Source: Candidatus Nomurabacteria bacterium RIFCSPHIGHO2_01_FULL_41_71 (GTDB lineage: Bacteria; Patescibacteriota; Minisyncoccia; Phycocordibacterales; UBA9973). From it: a DNA stretch of 64,000 nucleotides. Where the stretch lies: contig MFTQ01000004.1 of the NCBI GenBank assembly GCA_001785355.1, positions 3,612-67,611 of the forward strand, given 5' to 3'. Each line of letters starts with the position of its first letter. Position 1 is the stretch's first letter. The notes under the pieces are model-generated. The model saw nothing but the letters and a program-made list of their open reading frames with translations. It was not told where the DNA came from and ran no database searches. A program made the position numbers and the translations under genes. Positions 29,341-38,961 of the stretch are shown here, piece after piece.

Positions 29341-30321
29341 ATGTCCAATTTGTATTCCAATTCTATTTTTTGGATCGATACCGATAAGATTAAACCCAAT
29401 CCTTATCAGCCAAGGCGGGATTTCGATGAAACCAGACTGGAAGATTTGGCGACTTCAATCAAGCAATACGGAGTGCTTCAACCGCTTACTGTTTCCCGAA
29501 TGGAAGTGGAGAAAGACGACGGGGGAATAATGGCCGAATATGAACTCATCGCCGGAGAGCGAAGGCTTCGGGCCGCCAAGATTGCCGGAGTCTCCCAGGT
29601 GCCGGTTATTATCCGCACCGGAGATACTTCCATGATGAAACTCGAGCTTGCTATAATAGAAAATCTTCAGAGAGAAGATCTCAATGTGGTAGATCGGGCT
29701 CGGGCTTTTTTCCGTCTGGTAAAAGAATTCAAATTTACTCATAACGAAGTGGCAAAAAAAGTGGGTAAAAGCAGGGAATATGTGACGAACTCCTTGCGTA
29801 TTCTCTCTCTCCCCGAAGAAATACTGGTGGCGCTCTCTCAAGGAAAAATCACCGACGGGCACACCAGACCGTTACTTATGCTCTCGGATCGTTCCGAGGA
29901 GCAGATGGTTCTCTTTAAAGAAATAATATACAAGAAAATCACCGTGCGTGAGGCAGAAAAGCTGGCGCGAAAAATCGCTTATGATCGGGTACGCAAGAAA
30001 GAGTTTATGCCGGACCCCGAGATTATGGAGCTTGAAGAAGAATTTCAAAATAAGCTTGGCACCAGAGTCCACATAGATAGGCGAGAACTCGGTGGACAGA
30101 TAAAAATAGATTTTTTTTCCACTGACGATCTTCGGATGATTCTTGATCTGATCAACAAAAGTGAAGCGGGAAGGAGACCCGATGAACTTTTGGAAGATCA
30201 TATAACCAAAACAGAAATTGAATCGCAAAAAACAGAAATCACGCCGGAAGACGATAGATCAAAAGATGAAATAAAAGCGGACGACGCGAGTCTGTATAAT
30301 ATTTCCAATTTTAGCATCTAG
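29341..30321 (+). CDS. parB: ParB/Spo0J-family partition protein with no adjacent parA
   Basis: IDTDKIKPNPYQPRR, LIAGERRLRAAKIAG and an HTH motif. Confidence 0.85.
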   Translation: MSNLYSNSIFWIDTDKIKPNPYQPRRDFDETRLEDLATSIKQYGVLQPLTVSRMEVEKDDGGIMAEYELIAGERRLRAAKIAGVSQVPVIIRTGDTSMMKLELAIIENLQREDLNVVDRARAFFRLVKEFKFTHNEVAKKVGKSREYVTNSLRILSLPEEILVALSQGKITDGHTRPLLMLSDRSEEQMVLFKEIIYKKITVREAEKLARKIAYDRVRKKEFMPDPEIMELEEEFQNKLGTRVHIDRRELGGQIKIDFFSTDDLRMILDLINKSEAGRRPDELLEDHITKTEIESQKTEITPEDDRSKDEIKADDASLYNISNFSI

Positions 30322-31787
30322 GAACGCCCGAAAGATTTAAGTCTGGAGAGCAGGCTGTTTTTTTCCAGGTATGATCGGATATGTTTTTTCGCTCCGGCTG
30401 TCTTGACGAATCCAAGCCATTTACTCGAAGGGTGAGCTTCTTTTTTATCTATGATTTCCACAATATTCCCGTTTTTTAATTTTGTAAATATTTGAGACAT
30501 CTTGCCGTTTATTTTCGCTCCAAAAGTATGATCTCCGATATCCGAATGTATGGCGTAGGCGAAGTCTACCGGAGTGGAATCTTCCGGCAAATCTATCACA
30601 TCTCCCTTGGGGGTGAATATAAAGATTCTGTTATTAAAAAAATCCATTTTCAGATATTCGAGGAATTTATGCGGTTCATTGGGATTGTAATTTAGATTTT
30701 TTAGTTCCTCTATCCAAGTAAATCTAGATTTTTCACCGGGATTTTTATTTTTTTTATTTTCTTTATAAACGAAATGCGCCGCGATACCATAAGCCGCCTC
30801 GGCATGCATTTCTTGGGTTCTGATTTGAATTTCAGCGATGCCTCCGGATCCCGTAAACACAGTGGTGTGAATGGATCGATAGCCGTTGGGCTTGGGTACC
30901 GCGATATAATCCTTGATTCTGCCGGGAAGAGGATTCCACAGCGAATGCACCATCCCAAGCACTCGATAGCATTCTTCTATCGTTTCCACTACCACTCGCA
31001 AAGCGACGATATCATGGATTTTCTCCAGATCCATGTTGTATTTCAAAAGCTTCCGATACAAGCTGTATTTATGTTTTACCCGATAATCGATTTCAGTAAA
31101 TTTTATTTTTTGTTTATTTAATTCTTCTCCCAGCTTTCTACGTATTTCCGCAAGATATTTTTCATACAGATCTTTTTTATCTTTAATAATTTCTTCCACT
31201 TCTTTATATTCTTTCGGATATGCATAGGGGAATGCCGCGTCTTCAATTTCACCCTTGAGTTTTCCCATACCGAGGCGATTGGCGAGCGGAGCGTAAACTT
31301 CGATGGATTCCACGGCGATTCGTTTTCTTTTATCTTCTCTGATGTGTTCTAGGGTGCGTAAATTATGCAATCTGTCGGCGAATTTAATAATAACTACCCG
31401 CAGATCGCTTGCCATAGCCATGAAAAATTTTCTTAAACTTTCTACATGTCGTTCTTGCCCTCGATATTTTAAGGTTCCCAATTTGGTAACACCCTTAATA
31501 AGGAACACTATATTTTCTCCGAATTCTAGAAGAAGCTCTTCTTCGGAGATTTGCGTATCTTCCAGGGTATCGTGCAAGAGACCGGCGGCCACGGTAGCCG
31601 TGTCCATACCGAGTTTAGTTAGAATTTTTGCAGTTTCGAGCACATGCGTAAAATATGTGTCTCCGGAGAGCCTTTTCTGCCCTTGGTGAGCCTTGAGAGA
31701 AAAATTATAAGCGCGTTCCAAAAGCGCTCGCTCTTTTTGCGTAATTTTTCCGGTCAAATCCAGAAGTTCCTTGAGCCCCTGTTCCAT
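30318..31787 (-). CDS. rel: short bifunctional (p)ppGpp synthetase/hydrolase (HD, synthetase and TGS domains only)
   Basis: HD region HQGQKRLSGDTYFTHVLE…HDTLED. Synthetase motif DYIAVPKPNGYRSIHT. TGS domain. 489 aa. Confidence 0.85.
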   Translation of the reverse strand: MEQGLKELLDLTGKITQKERALLERAYNFSLKAHQGQKRLSGDTYFTHVLETAKILTKLGMDTATVAAGLLHDTLEDTQISEEELLLEFGENIVFLIKGVTKLGTLKYRGQERHVESLRKFFMAMASDLRVVIIKFADRLHNLRTLEHIREDKRKRIAVESIEVYAPLANRLGMGKLKGEIEDAAFPYAYPKEYKEVEEIIKDKKDLYEKYLAEIRRKLGEELNKQKIKFTEIDYRVKHKYSLYRKLLKYNMDLEKIHDIVALRVVVETIEECYRVLGMVHSLWNPLPGRIKDYIAVPKPNGYRSIHTTVFTGSGGIAEIQIRTQEMHAEAAYGIAAHFVYKENKKNKNPGEKSRFTWIEELKNLNYNPNEPHKFLEYLKMDFFNNRIFIFTPKGDVIDLPEDSTPVDFAYAIHSDIGDHTFGAKINGKMSQIFTKLKNGNIVEIIDKKEAHPSSKWLGFVKTAGAKKHIRSYLEKNSLLSRLKSFGRS

Positions 31788-31829
31788 ACCCCGATTTTAG
31801 CATTTATTGCTCCGAGCTTCAATTTCCCA

Positions 31830-31858
31830 TAGACAAGAAGTAAAAAGTAATGTATAAT
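31830..31858 (+). promoter_or_regulatory. sigma70-like promoter TAGACA-17-TATAAT with a downstream GAGGAGGAGG Shine-Dalgarno
   Basis: Read directly. The ATG is at 31903. Confidence 0.45.
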
Positions 31859-31902
31859 ATATTTGGACAATTTCGTCCCCCAAAGAAGAGGAGGAGGCAG
31901 CC

Positions 31903-32403
31903 ATGAATTTTGAGTATGGCACGACTCGCTTCGTCTTCTGTGTGGGGGGCGTAGCGATGAAAGTCGCCCGGGTAAAAGTAATTTACTGGGCGAAAAGGGT
32001 AATCGAGAAAATATTCGTGGCGCAACATGCCACGAATATTTTAAGAGGGGGAAATCCTCAACCGTTTGCTCGGTTGAGGCATTTGTTCGCCGGCGTAACG
32101 GCGAACCTGGAGGAAGGGCGGATGTATGCCCGCTATCCAGAGCTTCCTCTGGCCCCCACCCTTTTTTCGTTCTTCGGACTTGTGAATATCCAAGTCCGAG
32201 GAACACCGATCGGAAAGGACGAGCTCGTGCTTTGTCCTTTCCGGGACCTTGCTGACATCGAGTCGGCAGGGATTGACCTCAACAAGGCCGAGAATTTTGG
32301 CCGAATTGATGGTCGAATTGTGCTCCTCGATTGCGGGTTCGAGGGGCTCAACAAAATTTTGGCGAGATACGCGGAATCTCGCCAGATTGTTTACGATTTT
32401 TAA
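31903..32403 (+). CDS. hypothetical protein encoded in a GC-rich (~50%) patch
   Basis: 166 aa with a strong promoter and Shine-Dalgarno. No family was recognised. Confidence 0.5.
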   Translation: MNFEYGTTRFVFCVGGVAMKVARVKVIYWAKRVIEKIFVAQHATNILRGGNPQPFARLRHLFAGVTANLEEGRMYARYPELPLAPTLFSFFGLVNIQVRGTPIGKDELVLCPFRDLADIESAGIDLNKAENFGRIDGRIVLLDCGFEGLNKILARYAESRQIVYDF

Positions 32404-32446
32404 ATAGCCAGCAACACCCGAAAGGAGTATGTTCGCTGGCTATTTT
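32402..32446 (+). terminator. hairpin AAATAGCCAGC…GCTGGCTATTT plus T-run after the 31903 gene
   Basis: An 11-bp stem, a 22-nt loop and TTTTAATT. Confidence 0.4.
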
Positions 32447-32501
32447 AATTGTCTACGGAAATCAACATATGTGTTTTTCGGTAGACATTACAAAACAAAC
32501 A

Positions 32502-32541
32502 CATGTCGTGAATTTGCGCATATGCGCAAATTCACGACATG
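32502..32541. terminator. 40-bp perfect palindrome CATGTCGTGAATTTGCGCAT|ATGCGCAAATTCACGACATG between convergent genes
   Basis: Read directly. It lies 8 nt past the topA stop and is followed on the minus strand by GTTTGTTTTG. Confidence 0.4.
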
Positions 32542-32548
32542 GTGAAAT

Positions 32549-34798
32549 TTACTTCATCTTGTTCAATTTATCCGGACGGAAATTTGGGCAATCTTTTTTA
32601 CTGCATCGCTCGGGGATGGTTTTAGTGCCTTCCATCATGAGAGATCCGCATTCGGGGCAAATTTTACCGGTGGGTTTGGCCTTAATGGCAAACTTGCAAT
32701 TTGGATAGTTGGAACAAGAATAAAAAATTCCAAATCTTCCGCGCCGCTCACTAATATCGCCTTTCTTGCAAAGCGGGCAAACGACACCGGTGCGTTTTTT
32801 TGACTCCTCGGCTTCGTCTTTTTTAATGAATTTACATTTTGGATAGCGCGAACATGAAACAAAAGTGCCGGATCCGTCGCGGCGTTCTTTGATGATCAGT
32901 TTGCCAATTTCAGGTATTTTTTTCCTCCCCGCCTTTGCCGAGACTTCGGCGGACGCAGCGCATTCCGGACATATTTCTCCGGTTTCTTTCGGTCCTTTCA
33001 GTTCTGTGCCGTCGAGCATCAAGGCTCCGTCACAATCGGGATATTTTGAACAAGAATAAAATTTTCCCCCGCGGGAAAGTTTTATAATCATCGAATTCCC
33101 GCATTTTGGGCATTTTATGTTATCCGGCGCCAAACCGAGATTGGTGGCTTTTTCCAATTTTTCCTTGCTTTTTACATCTTTTAAAAAAGGAATATAAAAA
33201 TCTTTTAAGGTTTTTTCATATTCGCGCTCTCCTCTTGAAATTTCGTCCAATTCGTTTTCCATTTCTGCCGTAAAAGTGTCGGAAATATAATTCGCAAAAT
33301 GAGTTTCTAAAAAATCCGAAACTACTTCACCCACATCGGTGGGGAATAATGTTTTATTTTCTTTTCTGACATAATCCCGCTCTTCTATTGTTCTCATGAT
33401 CGAGGCATAGGTGCTGGGTCTGCCGATTCCGCGCTGTTCAAGCTCTTTGACAAGTCCAGCCTCGCTGTATCTCCCCGGGGGTTCGGTAAATTTTTCTTCC
33501 TTATTTAGATTCAACAATTTTAATTTTTCTCCGGAAGCGCATTTTGGAAGCTCCACATCTTCGCCTCCGGCATCTTTGTCCGCTTGAAGCCATCCGGGAA
33601 AGAGAAGACGGGAGCCGATGGCTGAGAAATCCGGCAAATCCTCGTGATTTATGATTTTTGCCGAAATTTTAGTTTTCAATAATTTTGCGTCTGCCATTTG
33701 AGAAGAAACAGCTCTCTCCCAGATGAGGCGATAAAGCCTGCTCTGCTCGTCGGCGCCCACTTGTAGTTTATTTATATGAGTGGGTCGAATGGCTTCATGC
33801 GCTTCTTGGGCGTTCTTTGATTTGGTTTTATAAATTCTCGCTTGCGCGTATTTTTCCCCGTATTCTTTTTTTATAAATGATATGATTTGTTCTCGGGCAG
33901 TTGAAGATAAATTAGTGCTGTCTGTTCTCATGTAAGTAATATGTCCCGCTTCATACAATTTCTGGGCTATCTGCATAGTGCGAGAAGGAGAGAAGCCCAA
34001 GCGCGAGCTTGCCGTCTGCTGGAGAGTAGAAGTAGTGAATGGAGCCCTAGGAGAACGTTTTTGTTCCGATTCTTTTACATCACTGACAATCCAATCTCCG
34101 TTTTCTCCGGCTTTTATAATTTTTTCAACCAATTTTTCGTCTCTTGGTTCTTCGGAACAATTCAGAATAATTCTGTCTTTATGTTCTGTTTCAAAAATTC
34201 CGTGAATTCTCCAAAATTTTTCCGGAATGAAAGCTCTGATTTCGCGCTCGCGTTCCATGATTATCCGCAAAGCCGGAGATTGCACTCGTCCGGCAGAAAG
34301 GCCGTATCTGACTTTTTTCCAGATAAGGCCGGAAAGATCGTATCCCACCAGACGGTCCAGCACTCGTCTAGCTTCCTGGGCTCGACGCAGAGCGGTATTT
34401 ATTTCCCTCGGATGCTTCAGCGCTTCTTCCACGGCTTTTTTGGTAATTTCATTGAAAGCCACTCTTTTTATTGAGGATTTTATTTTTTTGTCTTCTTTAA
34501 GCAATGTCTCGATATGCCAAGCAATGGCTTCTCCTTCACGGTCCGGGTCAGTGGCCAAAATTATCTCACTCGCTTTCTCGGCTAAATTTTTAAGTTCATA
34601 AACCACTTTTTCTTTTCCTTTCGATATTTCATAACGCGGAACGAATCCCGCTTCTATGTCAATGGCTGTTTTGTTGGATTTAGGCAAGTCACGGATGTGT
34701 CCCACCGAAGCGCGCACGGTAAAAGAGCCTTCCAGATATTTTTCTATTGTCCTCGCTTTCGACGGCGACTCGACAACAAGCAATCTCATATTTGCCAA
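32549..34798 (-). CDS. topA: DNA topoisomerase I with C-terminal zinc ribbons
   Basis: TOPRIM N-terminus LLVVESPSKARTIEKYLG, the active-site region, and multiple CxxC…CxxC ribbons. Confidence 0.9.
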   Translation of the reverse strand: MANMRLLVVESPSKARTIEKYLEGSFTVRASVGHIRDLPKSNKTAIDIEAGFVPRYEISKGKEKVVYELKNLAEKASEIILATDPDREGEAIAWHIETLLKEDKKIKSSIKRVAFNEITKKAVEEALKHPREINTALRRAQEARRVLDRLVGYDLSGLIWKKVRYGLSAGRVQSPALRIIMEREREIRAFIPEKFWRIHGIFETEHKDRIILNCSEEPRDEKLVEKIIKAGENGDWIVSDVKESEQKRSPRAPFTTSTLQQTASSRLGFSPSRTMQIAQKLYEAGHITYMRTDSTNLSSTAREQIISFIKKEYGEKYAQARIYKTKSKNAQEAHEAIRPTHINKLQVGADEQSRLYRLIWERAVSSQMADAKLLKTKISAKIINHEDLPDFSAIGSRLLFPGWLQADKDAGGEDVELPKCASGEKLKLLNLNKEEKFTEPPGRYSEAGLVKELEQRGIGRPSTYASIMRTIEERDYVRKENKTLFPTDVGEVVSDFLETHFANYISDTFTAEMENELDEISRGEREYEKTLKDFYIPFLKDVKSKEKLEKATNLGLAPDNIKCPKCGNSMIIKLSRGGKFYSCSKYPDCDGALMLDGTELKGPKETGEICPECAASAEVSAKAGRKKIPEIGKLIIKERRDGSGTFVSCSRYPKCKFIKKDEAEESKKRTGVVCPLCKKGDISERRGRFGIFYSCSNYPNCKFAIKAKPTGKICPECGSLMMEGTKTIPERCSKKDCPNFRPDKLNKMK

Positions 34799-34836
34799 GT
34801 ATTACACGAAATATAATTTTTTTGCAAATTTTTCTT

Positions 34837-35703
34837 TCAAAATGCCGCGCGAATTTCACCGAGCTCTTCTCTTATCAGACCTTTAATCTCCATTATCGAA
34901 AGCAGGGCATTGGCTTCGCCGGTGGGCATTTTCATCATCTGAATTAGTTCATCGCGAGACATCGGCTCCGTCAAAATTTTTAATACCGATTTTTCTTCCG
35001 GACGAGCGTCTTCAAAAAGATTTTGTTGTTTGCTTTTTTTGTCCACTTTAAAACCGAGCGCTTCCAAGATGTCATCGCTTGAAGTTATGGGGATGGCGCC
35101 TTGGCGAATGAGCTTATTAGTGCCTTTGGAAAATTCCGAATTGATATTTCCGGGTACCGCCAGCACGTCTTTATTGTAATCAAGAGCCATGCGCGCGGTG
35201 ATGAGAGTGCCGGATTTTTCCTGTGCTTCTATAATAAGAGCCGCTTTTGAAATTCCTGCCACCAGCCGGTTTCTCATTGGAAATGAATAATATTGCGCCT
35301 TGAAATCCGGCTCAAATTCGGAGAGCAGACATCCGCCCGCCTTGATTATCCTATGCGCTAACCCAAGACTGGTCGGAGGAAAAAACGCTTTTTCCGAGAT
35401 TCCCGAGCCGGGAAAAGCCACGGCGCAGAGTCCGGCGTCGAGCGCGGCTTCATGCGAGAGCGCGTCTATGCCGACTGCGAGACCCGAGACTATAGCTATC
35501 TTGTATCCCTTCAACCCGGAAATCAATTTTTTTACCGCGTCTTTGCCGTAAGTGGTGGCTTTTCTGGAACCGACTACCGCCAGACACACTGTGTCTTGGG
35601 GCGGCAAAGAGCCGGCTATATAAAGTTTTCCGGGCGGCTGGGGTATTTCTCTTAAATTTTCCGGAATATCTCTTCCTCTTAAAATTTTTAAATCAAATTC
35701 CAT
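34837..35703 (-). CDS. dprA: DNA processing protein DprA/Smf
   Basis: AVVGSRKATTYGKDAV…SGLAVGIDALSHEAAL. Confidence 0.85.
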   Translation of the reverse strand: MEFDLKILRGRDIPENLREIPQPPGKLYIAGSLPPQDTVCLAVVGSRKATTYGKDAVKKLISGLKGYKIAIVSGLAVGIDALSHEAALDAGLCAVAFPGSGISEKAFFPPTSLGLAHRIIKAGGCLLSEFEPDFKAQYYSFPMRNRLVAGISKAALIIEAQEKSGTLITARMALDYNKDVLAVPGNINSEFSKGTNKLIRQGAIPITSSDDILEALGFKVDKKSKQQNLFEDARPEEKSVLKILTEPMSRDELIQMMKMPTGEANALLSIMEIKGLIREELGEIRAAF

Positions 35704-35763
35704 ATTCTCTATTTTTATTTTTAATATTTTGCAATTATATCAATACTTCTCTATAATGGAAAT

Positions 35764-37032
35764 ATGTTGGACATAAAATTTATTCGGGAGAATGGGGACA
35801 TTGTGCGTTCCGGCGCGCGGAAAAAACACATTGAGATCGACATTGATAGCCTGATTGCGCTTGATGATGAACGGCTGGTAGAACAGAAAGAGATAGAGAA
35901 TCTTCGCGGTGAAATAAATCGAGTGTCAAACGACATTGCTCGAGATCAGGATCCGGCTCTGAAGATTCAGCTTATCGAAGAAATGCGGGTAGTAAAAGAA
36001 GAAATCAAGAAAAAGGAGGAGAAGTTAAAAACGATAATGGAAGAATGGCAGAAGCTGATGCTTCATGTGCCGAATGTGCCGGATATTTCCGTGCCGGAAG
36101 GAGCAAGCGATGCGGAAAATGCGGAAATTCGAGTTTGGGGAGAAAAACCGAAGTTTGATTTCACTCCCAGAAATCACGTTGAGCTTATGCTTATGCATAA
36201 TATGGCGGATTATGAGCGGGGGAGTAAGGTCGCTGGATTTCGAGGATATTTTTTAAAAAATGACGGAGCCAGGCTGGAATGGGCGCTTATGAGGTTTGTG
36301 GAAGAAAAATTTATGGATCGCGAAGGATTTACTCCAATGATTGTGCCTTCCCTGCTTCGGAGGGAGCCGTTTCTTGGCACCGGATATTTGCCTCAAAGTG
36401 AAGATGATTTGTATAAAACTCAAGATGGCGATTATCTTGCCGGTACAGCCGAAGTGGGCACTATGGGATATTTCATGAATGAAATAATAGACAAAAAAAA
36501 TCTTCCCCTTAAATTTTTTGCTTTTTCTCCATGTTTTCGCCGAGAAGCGGGCAGTCACGGCAAGGACACGAAGGGAATTTTTAGAATTCATGAATTTGTA
36601 AAATATGAACAGGTGATCTTGTGCGAAGCGTCTCATGAAGAATCGGTGCGTTTTCACGAAGAACTCACCTTAAATTCAGAAGCTCTGCTTCAAGAACTCG
36701 GTCTTCCTTATCATGTGGTGGTAAATTGCGGGGGAGACTTAGGGCTTGGCCAGGTAAAAAAATATGACATTGAAGTTTGGATGCCGAGCGAAGAGCGATA
36801 CAGAGAAACCCACTCCTCTTCTTATTTTCATGATTTTCAGACTAGAAGACTTGGCATAAGATATAAGGATGAAAACGGTAAAATGCAATTTGTTCATTCG
36901 CTCAACAATACGGCGCTTGCTATGCCTCGTTTGATTTGCCAAATAATCGAAAACTACCAGCAAGCCGACGGTTCGATAAAAATTCCGGAAGTTCTGCGCA
37001 AATATATGGGAGACAGGGAATTAATAAAGTAA
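35764..37032 (+). CDS. serS: seryl-tRNA synthetase
   Basis: An N-terminal coiled-coil arm and class II motifs (FRRE…, GLGQ…E). Confidence 0.9.
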   Translation: MLDIKFIRENGDIVRSGARKKHIEIDIDSLIALDDERLVEQKEIENLRGEINRVSNDIARDQDPALKIQLIEEMRVVKEEIKKKEEKLKTIMEEWQKLMLHVPNVPDISVPEGASDAENAEIRVWGEKPKFDFTPRNHVELMLMHNMADYERGSKVAGFRGYFLKNDGARLEWALMRFVEEKFMDREGFTPMIVPSLLRREPFLGTGYLPQSEDDLYKTQDGDYLAGTAEVGTMGYFMNEIIDKKNLPLKFFAFSPCFRREAGSHGKDTKGIFRIHEFVKYEQVILCEASHEESVRFHEELTLNSEALLQELGLPYHVVVNCGGDLGLGQVKKYDIEVWMPSEERYRETHSSSYFHDFQTRRLGIRYKDENGKMQFVHSLNNTALAMPRLICQIIENYQQADGSIKIPEVLRKYMGDRELIK

Positions 37033-37033
37033 T

Positions 37034-37891
37034 ATGGCGAGAAAAGGCGTTTTAAATTCTTCCCGTCTGCGCGATCTCAAAAAAAAACGACGCATGATTT
37101 TGGGTACAAAGATTGCTCTTGCGGCTTTGGCTTTTTTGGTTTTGCTTTGGATACTTGCTTACGTTGCCAGACTTCCGGCGTTTAATATTTCTGAAATTAA
37201 AATTTCCGGAGAAAAGGCGGTGGATACAGAAAGCATAACGGAAGTAGTTGAAAAAAACTTGAAGACAAAACACCTTTGGATTTTCCCGAAGTCCAATTTT
37301 CTTCTCCTTCCGAAGAATCAAATAAAAAAAGAGCTTATGGTTGAATTTTCCAGACTTGAGAATGTTTCCTTCAATCTTCAGAATTTGCGAACCTTGCTTG
37401 TTTCGGTATCCGAAAGGGAAAACAAATATATCTGGTGCGGCGCGAATATGGAAATCGAGTTTTCTGAAAATTCAGAAAAAGGATGTTTTTTTATGGATGC
37501 GAGCGGATATGTCTTCGATCAAGCCCCGTATTTCTCCGGCGATGTGTATTTCAGATTTTTTGGCGCGCTAAAAGAAAATTATTTTTTTCCGGAAGTCTTC
37601 GGCAAATTTATATCGTTCATAGATGTTCTGCCTCGCTTTGGGTTTGTGCCGGTGTCCCTGTACTCAAAGATCGACGGCGATATAGAGATTCATCTTTCTT
37701 CGGATTCTTCATATTTAAACTCGCCAAAAATAATTTTTAAAAAAAATTCTGACTTGGAGAAAATCTCCGAAAATCTCCAAGCGGCGCTTGATACGGAACC
37801 TCTCCGTACGGAACTCAAAAACAAGTATTCTTTTCTTCAATATATTGATTTAAGATTCGGAAATAAAGTTTATTATAAATTCGATGAATGA
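37034..37891 (+). CDS. FtsQ/DivIB-like cell-division protein (POTRA)
   Basis: N-terminal TM, then FNISEIKISGEKAV…, a POTRA-like start. Confidence 0.4.
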   Translation: MARKGVLNSSRLRDLKKKRRMILGTKIALAALAFLVLLWILAYVARLPAFNISEIKISGEKAVDTESITEVVEKNLKTKHLWIFPKSNFLLLPKNQIKKELMVEFSRLENVSFNLQNLRTLLVSVSERENKYIWCGANMEIEFSENSEKGCFFMDASGYVFDQAPYFSGDVYFRFFGALKENYFFPEVFGKFISFIDVLPRFGFVPVSLYSKIDGDIEIHLSSDSSYLNSPKIIFKKNSDLEKISENLQAALDTEPLRTELKNKYSFLQYIDLRFGNKVYYKFDE

Positions 37892-38882
37892 ATTGGGATT
37901 TTGGAAAAAACTTAAAAAACCTGTTTTTTGCCTGGCGCCCATGGCGGATGTCACAGACTGCGCATTTAGGCAGATAATCGCAAAATATGGGAAGCCGGAT
38001 ATCTTTTGGACGGAGTTCGTCTCTGCCGACGGATTATGTTCTCCGGGAAAAGAAAAGATTCTTGTTGATTTAAAATACGAAGAAAACGAGCGTCCAATAG
38101 TGGCGCAAATATTCGGCGGTAAGCCTGAAAACATAAAGAAAGCAGTTTCTTTGTGCCGAAAACTTGGTTTTGACGGAGTGGACATAAATATGGGCTGTCC
38201 GGACCGCTCTGTAGAGAAGCAATACGCCGGGGCGGCCATGATGAAAAATAAAAACCTTGCCCGTGAAGTTATCAAAGCGGCCAAGGAAGGAGCTCGCGGA
38301 TTGCCGATCTCGGTAAAAACCCGCTTGGGATACAATCAGATTGATTTAGAATGGATACGCTTTCTTCTGGAAGAAGATTTAGCGGCGCTTGCCGTTCATC
38401 TACGTACTCGCAAAGAAATGTCCGATGCCCCCGCTCATTGGGAATTTATGAAAAAAATAATTCAAATTCGAGATGAAATGAAGAAGGAGACATTTATCAT
38501 CGGCAATGGCGATGTCGTAGACATAAACGACGCTAAGAAAAAATGTAAAGAAACAGGTTGCGACGGAGTGATGCTAGGTAGGGCGATATTCGGAAATCCA
38601 TGGCTATTTGTAAAATGTCAAAGAGACACTTTGACACCAGACTTGTCAAAGTGTCTCTTTGACAAGTCTATAAAAGAAAAATTAAAAGTGTTGGTGGAAC
38701 ACACGAAACTTTTTGAAAAAATGCTCGGAAAACAAAAAAATTTTGCCATTATGAAGAAACATTATAAAGCTTATGCAAATGGCTTTGACGACGCCAAGGA
38801 ACTTAGAATGAAATTAATGGAAACAGAAAACGCCGGGCAAGTGGAAACTATCGTTAATAATTTTTTTAATAAAATTACCTAA
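37884..38882 (+). CDS. dus: tRNA-dihydrouridine synthase
   Basis: LAPMADVTDCAFRQI and NMGCPD with the catalytic Cys. It carries the TGTCAAAG palindromes in-frame. Confidence 0.85.
   Translation: MNELGFWKKLKKPVFCLAPMADVTDCAFRQIIAKYGKPDIFWTEFVSADGLCSPGKEKILVDLKYEENERPIVAQIFGGKPENIKKAVSLCRKLGFDGVDINMGCPDRSVEKQYAGAAMMKNKNLAREVIKAAKEGARGLPISVKTRLGYNQIDLEWIRFLLEEDLAALAVHLRTRKEMSDAPAHWEFMKKIIQIRDEMKKETFIIGNGDVVDINDAKKKCKETGCDGVMLGRAIFGNPWLFVKCQRDTLTPDLSKCLFDKSIKEKLKVLVEHTKLFEKMLGKQKNFAIMKKHYKAYANGFDDAKELRMKLMETENAGQVETIVNNFFNKIT
38616..38664. repeat. inverted pair of 21-bp palindromes (TGTCAAAGAGACACTTTGACA / TGTCAAAGTGTCTCTTTGACA), in-frame in dus
   Basis: The two halves are exact reverse complements separated by CCAGACT. 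They encode KCQRDTLTPDLSKCLFDK. Confidence 0.8.
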
Positions 38883-38961
38883 CTCTACCGGTCGAAAAAG
38901 TTAGGTAATTTAAAAACTTAAACAGTTTTGATAAAACCATATTTTGAGTTAGAATAATACG

